Origin: an uncultured Candidatus Saccharibacteria bacterium
Lineage (GTDB): Bacteria; Patescibacteriota; Saccharimonadia; Saccharimonadales; JAGQNJ01
NCBI GenBank assembly: GCA_964426845.1
Contig: CAYRSA010000003.1
Location: 70,751 to 134,750 of the forward strand
Direction of reading: 5' to 3'
Length of the DNA: 64,000 bases
How positions within the stretch are numbered: position 1 is the first letter of the stretch; each line of letters begins with the position of its first letter. Below are positions 37,701 through 43,990 of this stretch, in pieces. The notes under the pieces were generated by a model. The model made no database searches. It was given only the letters and a program-made list of their open reading frames with translations, and was not told the origin of the DNA. The translations under genes and the position numbers were made by a program.

Positions 37701-38597
37701 AGTGTTGGTAGTACCAGTAGCTACCAACTACTGCGCGTCGAACTGGATGAAGTTAATGATGCGGTTAAATTTTACGTAAATAATTCGATTGTGGCTACAC
37801 ATAGCACCGCCGTACCCGCTACTTCAACACGTCTTGGCTGGAATGTCATGAACACCCCGACGACTACGACATACTCTGGTCGTGTTGTGGATATCGATTA
37901 TGTCCGTGTATGGTCTGATGATCCGCCTAAGTCGCAGAGCAATTCGGGATTGGATTACGAGTTACCAGAAGAACCAGAATCGCCTGACCAAGACGCAGAA
38001 TCATTAGAACTAGATATTGCCGATGACGAGATTCCAGATGCTGAAGATCTGATATCTGACCTTAGCGAACAAGACCCGGTCGCTGACGAAGTTGAAGCCA
38101 CTGGCGAGGAGAGCGGTGTCTTGGGAGTCAGCGATGACCAATCTGGCAATCTAGGGTCGGTTACTATAGACTCGGCAACTATAACCCTAGACCTAAATGT
38201 CACAGGTATGCTATTCGCTAACGGTGGTCTAAAGGTGGCTGGGCCATCAGAATTCATGGGTGATGCCATATTTAACAGCCTAGTCAGCTTTATCGGGCCA
38301 TCGGATTTCACTGGTGATGCTAACTTTGCAGGAAGAGCTACCTTCAACAAAGATAGTGGCGGTTTCGCAGTCATCCAGACCGGCAAACAAGAAGTCAAGA
38401 TTGTCTTCGATCGGCCATACGCTGATGTGCCAGTAGTCACTCTGACCAATAAGAATGGCCAGTTCATAGACTATGCCTACAAGGATCTGACCAAAGACGG
38501 CTTTACTATCATTCTCAAGGATCCAGCTGTTGCTGATGTAGAGATGTCCTGGACGGCTCTGTCGGTCAAGCAGGCCAAGGTTACAGTTTCTCCTTAA
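31740..38597 (+). CDS. Giant (2,285 aa) secreted fibre/adhesin-like protein
   Basis: GTG start with a signal peptide ending VQAA. Five tail-fibre-like N-[VI]-G-[IV]-G motifs and a YadA-head-like repeat block (NVAVGIKAL..NSAFGYAAL..NTAVGYDAL..NVATGYYAL..NAAFGYDAL). A LamG/jelly-roll-like region (LLRVELDEVNDAVKFYVNN...IDYVRVW), an acidic linker and a C-terminal beta domain follow. Confidence 0.8.
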   Translation: MHIPKHKRTPILKLLIAAVLVGLLGIGLKSQSSVQAATGINEQINYQGRLLTSTGAVVPDGTYNMEFEIIQDGDGCNPTSGTPPCGGTVEWTETRTGADKVTVKNGYFSVYLGSVTPFSSSVDWNQDTLWLSVNIGGTGSPSWDGEMEPFNRLSSSPYALNSKALGGLTANDFVKLAQGSQTDASLVSSIFINKTGASGNILELENNGSDVLLLNNTGAVTFQNTVDSTTGFQVLDADGGTSILTIDTTNEFVGIGGTPTQIFDVNSPTSNTIRLRVGTALTANPYNLGTNSGSQIVLSSETGTYRQALVFADTPGSSETVFGIASSSNSGSNWTPLFKIAHSGLTTFQNATDSTGGFVINDADGGTPILNIDTTNERVGIGTASPSNTLSVNGTADFQGHVAVGSGATVNGALTVVDSLIGVSSHSTILSVYETTTTTGSASVGYDGLLVNNILNPSGTASYGQVNGLNGFLTVASGNAQNISTGGGTNGFNGGVIHAGSGTISGNTSGVNGAVVNSGGGTLDITNGVNATIVQTSGTINAARGINIATPINFGTITDNYGLYINDQSGVGASDSYNIYSAGASSQNYFEGAIIAGSADTVLTLSTGKIDGDALTLIAAADGGAGTSSGSGLTIRSDGVGLLQGCSDAQVLAWVESTDTWDCSTPSGGGANTALSNIASTNLSAALNVTSGNLNLTTTTSGNIVLNSAGTIELQDNTTITGTLSVQGTTASIGVNDTTGGFLDIFGNGTGTAEGGEARLYLAADYDTSFSSLVFDAYEDDLRIHNGSSVLLTLQGDSGNADFLGTLTAGSADTVLTLSTGKIDGDALTLIAAADGGAGTSSGSGLTIRSDGVGLLQGCSDGQVLAWVESTDTWDCTTGGGGGANTALSNLSAVAINTSLLPASDDAIDLGDNTHRWRDLYLGGDTLHIGTSTSDEGTLSYNTTTNVLHFGTDSTTNGDIAFFTDDLYLDKSTGFVGVGDATPNARLEINNVGSDTNPLVVNTNGSAGNYTPTNSGIFIKDASGNELLRIFASDPDPTFANYNTWNLYIGHEAGLSNPTANAPGSGYANTGLGYDALRANTYGSYNVAVGIKALTLNTVGDGVTAVGAYALAANTLGDSNSAFGYAALEENTTGEYNTAVGYDALNANITGDNNVATGYYALAYNETGDNNAAFGYDALGNTGKRVTAGSFVTGVSYTIQSIGTTDFTLIGAASNTVGLVFTASGAGTGTGTASSNNGNNVAFGYYGLGDLLTGSNNTSIGHNTGLGITTGSNNTILGANVTGLSSSLSNNIIIADGSGNQRINVDNNGNVGIGDQTPDALFNVDLAAGKQVLFEATAAPTVDMVAITNSGQGTTTNGVDGLSITFVSGDDGGSDTNFGLMVNATSGTEGDSFGAAQFMLNNQSTGGAQAAVTVTNADHAANSNTGALLWLNNLETTADKVGNYLFITTSSTDTAGDAIDVSDSGLYNALNVGDNNIIGTTAVVDFSNFDVSSAGNITVAVDEGLDTNATGALEIGKANATSLDICNSSACDTVNIGNLATDDADTINIGGDLDTVDIVSHEFTRASGLLSIKSTNSNAGLLLQSDGLTTGLTGGGLQLSGGGYDDSADRACITAGATSDCGTFTARSTEASGIAFTDGRITFNTRGSLTIGNTFSFTERMRIDNNGNVGIGDDTTPDDYLDVQFSENASRGVRIENNNAGNAASADLQAINNSGYGASFAKMSSGHAGYKTFAANDALVWNDNNAGNIVIHNDYASGNILFSAGGSSTAQMILTSAGNVGIGDSTPDGKFEVEDTAGSLITVSQASADSFDRARVQIGNAGNGLDQLYVNGRFNTAYQMFFQDFLGNIATLAADGNWGNSSFDEIVGTGGTSPSGSIQIVNTTGVSGAARLTFTGTLGTGPWGSNWGTAGILFTERSLNPVMEARVIASSNTDQRAVVGFTDVAANTTVSADTNLSANEAFFRKTAAGTQWEAVSRAGSGTEQVTTSVGSTSSYQLLRVELDEVNDAVKFYVNNSIVATHSTAVPATSTRLGWNVMNTPTTTTYSGRVVDIDYVRVWSDDPPKSQSNSGLDYELPEEPESPDQDAESLELDIADDEIPDAEDLISDLSEQDPVADEVEATGEESGVLGVSDDQSGNLGSVTIDSATITLDLNVTGMLFANGGLKVAGPSEFMGDAIFNSLVSFIGPSDFTGDANFAGRATFNKDSGGFAVIQTGKQEVKIVFDRPYADVPVVTLTNKNGQFIDYAYKDLTKDGFTIILKDPAVADVEMSWTALSVKQAKVTVSP
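33525..33770 (+). repeat. Internal 246-nt module of the giant gene, copy A
   Basis: Aligns without gaps to 34164-34409 (offset 639). Confidence 0.85.
34164..34409 (+). repeat. Internal 246-nt module of the giant gene, copy B
   Basis: See 33525-33770. Confidence 0.85.
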
Positions 38598-38666
38598 TAA
38601 TCCTTGAACCACTGGGCGTAAATTGCTAGTATACTAAACATAAGTTAGTTAAGAGAGGGGAAATCC

Positions 38667-39125
38667 GTGCACGAAGATCAAATGGGTCAGACAGAGCCTA
38701 AGAAAACCAAGAAACCAGTAGTATCAGCAAAAAATACCAAAATGTTAGTAATCCTGCTGGTAGTTTTGGCCGTCGTAGGTGTTGGCGCCTACTTTGCCTA
38801 TGACTATGTCCAGGACCAGAACGCTAAGATCGAACGATTGTCGGATCCTCAGCAAGCCGCCAAGGACGAAGCTACACGAGTTAAGGACTTAGTAGCCGAA
38901 CTGGCCGATATTCCCGCCGACGAGACTCCAACCATCGCCACTGTTAACGACGCCTCAAAGTTGCAAGGTCAAGCCTTCTTCATTAACGCTCAAAACGGCG
39001 ACAAGGTGCTGATTTTCACCAAGGCTAAAAAGGCCTACTTGTACCGGCCATCAACCAACAAGATTATCGAAGTCGCGCCTATTAATATTGGTGAAGGCGA
39101 GAACGCTGACAAGCCCGTTCAGTAG
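38667..39125 (+). CDS. Membrane-anchored hypothetical protein
   Basis: 152 aa. GTG start with RBS agagagggg. N-terminal TM helix (MLVILLVVLAVVGVGAYFAY). Confidence 0.5.
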   Translation: MHEDQMGQTEPKKTKKPVVSAKNTKMLVILLVVLAVVGVGAYFAYDYVQDQNAKIERLSDPQQAAKDEATRVKDLVAELADIPADETPTIATVNDASKLQGQAFFINAQNGDKVLIFTKAKKAYLYRPSTNKIIEVAPINIGEGENADKPVQ

Positions 39126-39139
39126 TCGCAGATAGCATT

Positions 39140-39167
39140 AAAAAAGACCTCCACTCGGGGGTCTTTT
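39140..39167. terminator. Bidirectional intrinsic terminator
   Basis: aaaaa-gacctcc-actc-gggggtc-tttt. Confidence 0.7.
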
Positions 39168-39259
39168 CATTTATCCTGGCGGGCCCGACCGGATAGACGC
39201 CCGTTGACTTCGTCAACGAACGAATCGGCGATCTGGCTCGCATTCGCTCGCTGATCGCC
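39166..39259 (-). other. Partial copy of the tRNA-Asp 3' end (plus 11-nt trailer) with a 27-nt hairpin insertion in the T-loop position
   Basis: 39166-39194 is identical to 39314-39342. The tc of the T-loop is replaced by agacgcccgttgacttcgtcaacgaac (39195-39221). 39253-39259 is complementary to 39227-39233. No 5' tRNA half is present. Confidence 0.5.
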
Positions 39260-39324
39260 TCGCTTGACTCGATAGGACAGCAGTACAAATAAAAAACCAC
39301 CTATCGGCGGCATTTCATTTATCC

Positions 39325-39402
39325 TGGCGGGCCCGACCGGATTCGAACCGGCGATCTCCTCCGTGACAGGGAGGCGTGTTAGGCCAGCTACACCACGAGC
39401 CC
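39325..39402 (-). tRNA. tRNA-Asp (anticodon GUC)
   Basis: Hand-folded, 78 nt. Acceptor GGGCUCG/CGGGCCC, anticodon arm CCUCC-CUGUCAC-GGAGG, T loop UUCGAAU. CCA is encoded. Confidence 0.9.
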
Positions 39403-39505
39403 ATGACCTAAATCTAACCAAGCAATCTTAGCAGTTTTCTCTGTTGTCGGCAAGATAGGCATAATTAATGATTAGTTAATCAGCATTTGGTAGCCTGGTT
39501 GAATA

Positions 39506-39910
39506 ATGAGTCCCAAACGAAATGCTGGAGAAGTTATCATCCCTCAAGGAGTTACAGTTTGGCATCATGAACTACGAACAGCGAACGCCTTAGCTAGTGT
39601 GGGTTTTGTCGTGAAGTTTTTGGCGACTAGCGACACACGATACGAGAAGTCTCCGGACATTTCGATTAACGGCATTAAGTGGGAGCTGAAATCGCCCAAA
39701 ACAGATAAATTGACAGCTATTGAGCGTAATCTTAAAAGGGCCAGCAAGCAGTCGGGCAATATTATCATTGACTCTCAGCGCATGGTTAAAATACACGACT
39801 CAACCATTCAAAACTTACTTGTACATAAGTATAGGCAGCAAAGAAACATAAGGCGACTGTGGTTCGTCAACCGCAAACGACAAGTTATTGACGTCGGCGA
39901 AATCCCTTGA
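39506..39910 (+). CDS. Small PD-(D/E)xK-like nuclease-fold protein (toxin-domain-like), function unknown
   Basis: 134 aa. Motif spacing is E(22)...SPD(61)ISINGIKWE(70)LK(72)...Q(92). Flanked by tRNA-Asp and tRNA-Thr and followed by a hairpin plus T-tract near 39925-39967. Confidence 0.4.
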   Translation: MSPKRNAGEVIIPQGVTVWHHELRTANALASVGFVVKFLATSDTRYEKSPDISINGIKWELKSPKTDKLTAIERNLKRASKQSGNIIIDSQRMVKIHDSTIQNLLVHKYRQQRNIRRLWFVNRKRQVIDVGEIP

Positions 39911-39983
39911 TAAAATTAATGTGAAGTCACCGCACGGAGCAGTATGTTCCTACCGCGGCGACTTTTTGATTGGACAACTTTGC

Positions 39984-40059
39984 TGGAGCCACCTAGCAGG
40001 ATCGAACTGCTGACCTTATCGTTACGAATGATACGCTCTACCAACTGAGCTAAGGTGGC
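39984..40059 (-). tRNA. tRNA-Thr (anticodon CGU)
   Basis: Hand-folded, 76 nt. Acceptor GCCACCU/AGGUGGC, anticodon loop UUCGUAA, discriminator U. CCA is encoded. Confidence 0.9.
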
Positions 40060-40113
40060 CCGGATAATTTTCGGATAGACTAGCAAAAGCCAAAACCGTA
40101 TACTATTGTACAG

Positions 40114-40473
40114 ATGATGAATGTCCCCGAGAAGTATTTTCACGACCGCCTAATTTTGCTGATTCTCAGCGTAAATACCTTTGTAGTCCTGCTTAATACA
40201 GTGCTGATTTTATTGCGCCTGGACAGCAGTCGTACCGACAGCTATATCGTTCAATACCGGGCGAATCTGGGACTCAGTGGCTTTGAAGTCGGCGGTAGTG
40301 CTACTTTCTGGTCGTTTATCTTGTTCTCAGTTATGGTGCTTGTCGGCAACGCTCTGCTTAGCATGCGGATTTACCCTAGCCACCGCCGTTATGCCGTCAC
40401 TATTTTGGCTCTATCGACACTAGTTATCGTCCTGTCTTTGATCGTGACTAACGCTCTGCTTGTGCTGAGATGA
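40114..40473 (+). CDS. Small polytopic membrane protein
   Basis: 119 aa with 3-4 TM helices. 4-nt overlap with the downstream glycosyltransferase. Confidence 0.5.
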   Translation: MMNVPEKYFHDRLILLILSVNTFVVLLNTVLILLRLDSSRTDSYIVQYRANLGLSGFEVGGSATFWSFILFSVMVLVGNALLSMRIYPSHRRYAVTILALSTLVIVLSLIVTNALLVLR

Positions 40474-42062
40474 CCAATAACAAAATCGAAATACCGCTGA
40501 AATCAGAGAAGTCTCGGCGATACCGGGCTTATGAGATCCTGCCCGGGGCATTGAGCTGGACAATCCTGCTGGCACCGGTGTTGCTGAGCCTGATTAACGC
40601 CAGCATTACGGCTGTGATCATCATTGCCTATTTCCTGCTGTGGTTTGTTCGGGCTATTGGCCTGAACGTGCGGGTTTTACAGGGGTATAAGACTCGACAG
40701 AAACACCAAAAGTTTGATTGGAATAGGATGATCGATGAGCTAGAACGGCTGGACGACTCCTCGCACATCAAGTCCATACCCAAGTGGCACTACGAGATTA
40801 TAGAGCGGTTGAGAGCCAATCCCACTCCGATAAAGCCTAGCCAAGTTATCCATGCCTCGATTATTGCCAACTGGAATGAGGGGCCGGAAATTCTGGAGCC
40901 GACCCTGCAATCGTTGATTGACTCCAGCTATGACTCTAAGAAGATGATCGTCTACATTGCTTACGAAGAGCGGGGCGGACCGAAGATGGTAACCCAAAAT
41001 GAAGCCCTTGTTAAGAAGTATCAGAAGTACTTCCGCTATATGACGGCCACCCAGCACGTTGATCAGGTTAACGAGGTTATTGGTAAGGGCGGAAATATAA
41101 CCCATGCCGCCCGTCAGCTGGAAAAGTATCTGAAACAAGAAGGGATTGACCCCTATAACGTCATAGTTACGACCCTGGACGCCGATAATCGGCCGCACAA
41201 ACATTACTACTCGGCACTAACCTATACGGTGGCTGCCTCTGTTGACCCTTTGCGAGTGTCATATCAGCCCAATATCAGCTATACCAACAACATCTGGGAC
41301 GCTCCAGCGCCGATGCGGGTTATTGCTACTGGTAACACCTTCTGGAACTTGGTGTTGTCTCTGCGACCCCATATGCTCCGCAACTTCTCATCGCACTCCC
41401 AGAGCATGCAAGCCCTAATCGACATGGACTACTGGTCGGTACGTAGCATCGTCGAGGATGGCCATCAGTTCTGGCGCAGTTACTTCAAATTCGACGGCGA
41501 CTACGAAGTCTACCCCATATATGTGCCAATTTATCAGGATGCCGTGCTGTCTGATACTTACGCCAAAACCTTCAAAGCCCAGTTTATCCAACTGAGGCGT
41601 TGGGCTTACGGGGCTTCGGATATTGCTTACGTTGCTGAGAAAGCTTTCTACACCCCTAATAAAGTGCCGCGGATGGATCGCTTTTTCAAGTTCATGAGGT
41701 TATTAGAGGGGCACGTTTCCTGGGCTACTTCGCCGTTAATCTTGGCTTTTGCAGCCTTTGTACCGGTGTTCTTTAACTCCGAGAGCTACACCGCCAACCA
41801 ACTGCCGATCATCGCCAGCCGCATCCAGACCATCGCTCTGGCCGGTATTTTTATCACCTTCTTCCTAAGTTTTAAGACTCTGCCTCCCAAGCCAGCTCGT
41901 TATAAGAGGCATCGGTCGTTTTTCATGATCATTCAGTGGGTATTATTACCGGTGACCACTATCTTGTATAACGCCTTGGCGGCCCTGACATCGCAAACCC
42001 GTTTGATGTTCGGGCGATATCTGGAGAAGTTTGATCTGACCGAGAAGGGCACCCGCAAATAG
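40470..42062 (+). CDS. Processive family-2 glycosyltransferase (membrane-embedded synthase type)
   Basis: 530 aa with TM helices at both ends. Contains TLDADNRP and the QLRRW (QxxRW) motif. Confidence 0.7.
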   Translation: MTNNKIEIPLKSEKSRRYRAYEILPGALSWTILLAPVLLSLINASITAVIIIAYFLLWFVRAIGLNVRVLQGYKTRQKHQKFDWNRMIDELERLDDSSHIKSIPKWHYEIIERLRANPTPIKPSQVIHASIIANWNEGPEILEPTLQSLIDSSYDSKKMIVYIAYEERGGPKMVTQNEALVKKYQKYFRYMTATQHVDQVNEVIGKGGNITHAARQLEKYLKQEGIDPYNVIVTTLDADNRPHKHYYSALTYTVAASVDPLRVSYQPNISYTNNIWDAPAPMRVIATGNTFWNLVLSLRPHMLRNFSSHSQSMQALIDMDYWSVRSIVEDGHQFWRSYFKFDGDYEVYPIYVPIYQDAVLSDTYAKTFKAQFIQLRRWAYGASDIAYVAEKAFYTPNKVPRMDRFFKFMRLLEGHVSWATSPLILAFAAFVPVFFNSESYTANQLPIIASRIQTIALAGIFITFFLSFKTLPPKPARYKRHRSFFMIIQWVLLPVTTILYNALAALTSQTRLMFGRYLEKFDLTEKGTRK

Positions 42063-42467
42063 CTATAAGGGGTGGTAGGCCAGGTATTGGATAGCAGCTG
42101 CTCTGTCAAAGCGCTCTAACACCCCTGTAGTAACAGTGACCACGTGGTGCCTGCGGACAGTTGCCGAGTGTTTAGCACCCACCAACTGCCTAACAACGGT
42201 GTCTGAGAGGTGCCTAGCGTCCTCTGTGGCCGTCTTTCGGTGTCGACAGGCCTCGTAGACGCTTATGTATAACTTATCGCGCGAGAAGGGCTCTGTGTGC
42301 TTTCCAGACCCCTGAAACATCAGAGTGGAGGTCGGATCTATCGATTCGACTGAGGTAAAGATGGCTTTGCAAGATGGGCAGTTGCGCCGACGCCAGACCG
42401 AGTTAGACCGCTTCTGGGGGCGGGAGTTACTAACAGCAAGTTTTGAGCCACAATATATACAAACCAT
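42063..42467 (-). CDS. nrdR: NrdR-like transcriptional repressor
   Basis: 134 aa. Zn-ribbon CIYCGS..CPSCKA followed by an ATP-cone-like region (FSRDKLYISV). Confidence 0.75.
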   Translation of the reverse strand: MVCIYCGSKLAVSNSRPQKRSNSVWRRRNCPSCKAIFTSVESIDPTSTLMFQGSGKHTEPFSRDKLYISVYEACRHRKTATEDARHLSDTVVRQLVGAKHSATVRRHHVVTVTTGVLERFDRAAAIQYLAYHPL

Positions 42468-42594
42468 GACTACATGTTGACATATGGCTGATCAAAAAGC
42501 TAGTGGATAAACTGGCGGGGATCTGCGGGTAAGTTTCCAGGGCAAAATAAAAACTCCTGCTTATTAGGGCAGGAGCTCTATTAAACCACCTCTG

Positions 42595-42726
42595 TTACTT
42601 AACGGCAGTCACTGAACTACGTGGGCGACGTATTCGGTTAGCACGGCGAATGCCGGTAACGAACACGAGCTCCTCATAGAACAGCTGAAAATCTTCTAAA
42701 GAAGACTTACGTCTGTTGTTACTCAC
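42595..42726 (-). CDS. Candidate small basic protein (43 aa), not in the ORF track
   Basis: GTG start with GAGG 7 nt upstream. It translates to VSNNRRKSSLEDFQLFYEELVFVTGIRRANRIRRPRSSVTAVK. A minus-strand hairpin plus U-tract follows (ctcctgc..gcaggag, about 42555-42578). Confidence 0.25.
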   Translation of the reverse strand: MSNNRRKSSLEDFQLFYEELVFVTGIRRANRIRRPRSSVTAVK

Positions 42727-42765
42727 ACATGAGCCTCGTTTAACCTAACAACATTATCAAAGTGG

Positions 42766-43911
42766 GTGATTCATGTCAATAGTCAGTGGGGCGGATGGTA
42801 TACTTATTTGGTGAAACAACCCACAATATCTACCCCTGTTTTTAAGCTATCTGATACCACTAATGGTATAAGGACTGGAGTTTTATCCACACGGGCTGGC
42901 AAAGTCCTGACCCCGACCTTCATGCCCGACGGGACGCGGGGTGCTGTTAAGGGGTTAACACCGGCCCAGGTCACTGAAACAGGCGTTCAAGTGGTGCTAG
43001 CCAATACTTATCACCTGCACCTGAGCCCCGGAGAGAAGGTCGTAAAATCTCTGGGCGGCTTGCATGAGTTTGCTCGACGCTCTGGGCCCATCTTGACTGA
43101 TTCGGGTGGCTTCCAGGTGTTTTCGCTAGCTCATGTTAACAAGATTACCGAGGAAGGGGTGGTCTTTCGCGACCCTTCGAATGGAGATATCGTCACGTTG
43201 ACCCCTGAGAAGTCCATGCAGATCCAGTTGGACCTAGGCGCCGACATGATGGTGGCTTTTGATGATGTGACAGCCCTGGACGCCAAGGGCCGCGGCCGGA
43301 CTCTGGAGGCCTTCGAGCGGACACATCGCTGGCTGGACCGATCGATTGCTGAGTTTCAGCGCCTGACAGCTAAAATACCCGCCCAAGAGCGCCCTCTGCT
43401 GTTTGGAGTAGTCCAAGGCGGCCTAGATAAAGAACTCCGCCGTAAGAGCCTAGAAATGGTCCAGACTTCCGGCGTGGACGGCATTGCCATCGGCGGCCTG
43501 TCTGTGGGCGAGAGTCGCCAGGATTTATATAGCATGCTGAAGTTCCTGGCGCCCTTGTACGACCCCAAGCTAGTCCATTTTCTACTAGGGGTAGGCGACC
43601 CCAAGGATCTGAGACTGGGGATAGCTAATGGAATTGATATGTTTGACTGCGTCTTGCCGACCCGCAATGCTCGGCATGGTTCGGCCTGGATAACTGGTGA
43701 CAAAAAGATTCAGCTGACCAATGCCCAGTTCACTAAAGACACCTCCGTAATTGATCCCGGGTGTGACTGTTATACCTGCCGGGAAGGCTATTCGCGGGGC
43801 TTCCTGCGCCATCAATTCAAGGTCGGCGAGCCGCTGGCTGGCTCGTTAGTATCGATCCACAACCTTCGTTACCTAGAGAGGTTGTGTGAGGAGTATCGGA
43901 AAAACAAATAA
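42766..43911 (+). CDS. tgt: Queuine tRNA-ribosyltransferase
   Basis: TPTFMPDGTRGAVKG, LANTYHL, DSGGFQV and the Zn site CDCYTC are present. The start is uncertain: GTG 42766, or the in-frame GTG 42811. Confidence 0.9.
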   Translation: MIHVNSQWGGWYTYLVKQPTISTPVFKLSDTTNGIRTGVLSTRAGKVLTPTFMPDGTRGAVKGLTPAQVTETGVQVVLANTYHLHLSPGEKVVKSLGGLHEFARRSGPILTDSGGFQVFSLAHVNKITEEGVVFRDPSNGDIVTLTPEKSMQIQLDLGADMMVAFDDVTALDAKGRGRTLEAFERTHRWLDRSIAEFQRLTAKIPAQERPLLFGVVQGGLDKELRRKSLEMVQTSGVDGIAIGGLSVGESRQDLYSMLKFLAPLYDPKLVHFLLGVGDPKDLRLGIANGIDMFDCVLPTRNARHGSAWITGDKKIQLTNAQFTKDTSVIDPGCDCYTCREGYSRGFLRHQFKVGEPLAGSLVSIHNLRYLERLCEEYRKNK

Positions 43912-43912
43912 T

Positions 43913-43990
43913 TGGTGGGCACGGAGGGACTCGAACCCCCGACCTCTTCCACGTCAAGGAAGCGCTACTAGCCAACTGAGCTACGTGCCC
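43913..43990 (-). tRNA. tRNA-Val (anticodon GAC)
   Basis: Hand-folded, 78 nt. Acceptor GGGCACG/CGUGCCC, anticodon arm CUUCC-UUGACGU-GGAAG. CCA is encoded. Confidence 0.9.

Noticed and set aside
39082-39421. Two minus-strand ORFs of 72 and 84 aa.
   Set aside because: They overlap tRNA-Asp, its partial copy and a terminator. They have no RBS, and their near-identical stretches merely reflect the tRNA-derived repeat.
39916-40143. A 75-aa minus-strand ORF.
   Set aside because: It overlaps the tRNA-Thr gene.
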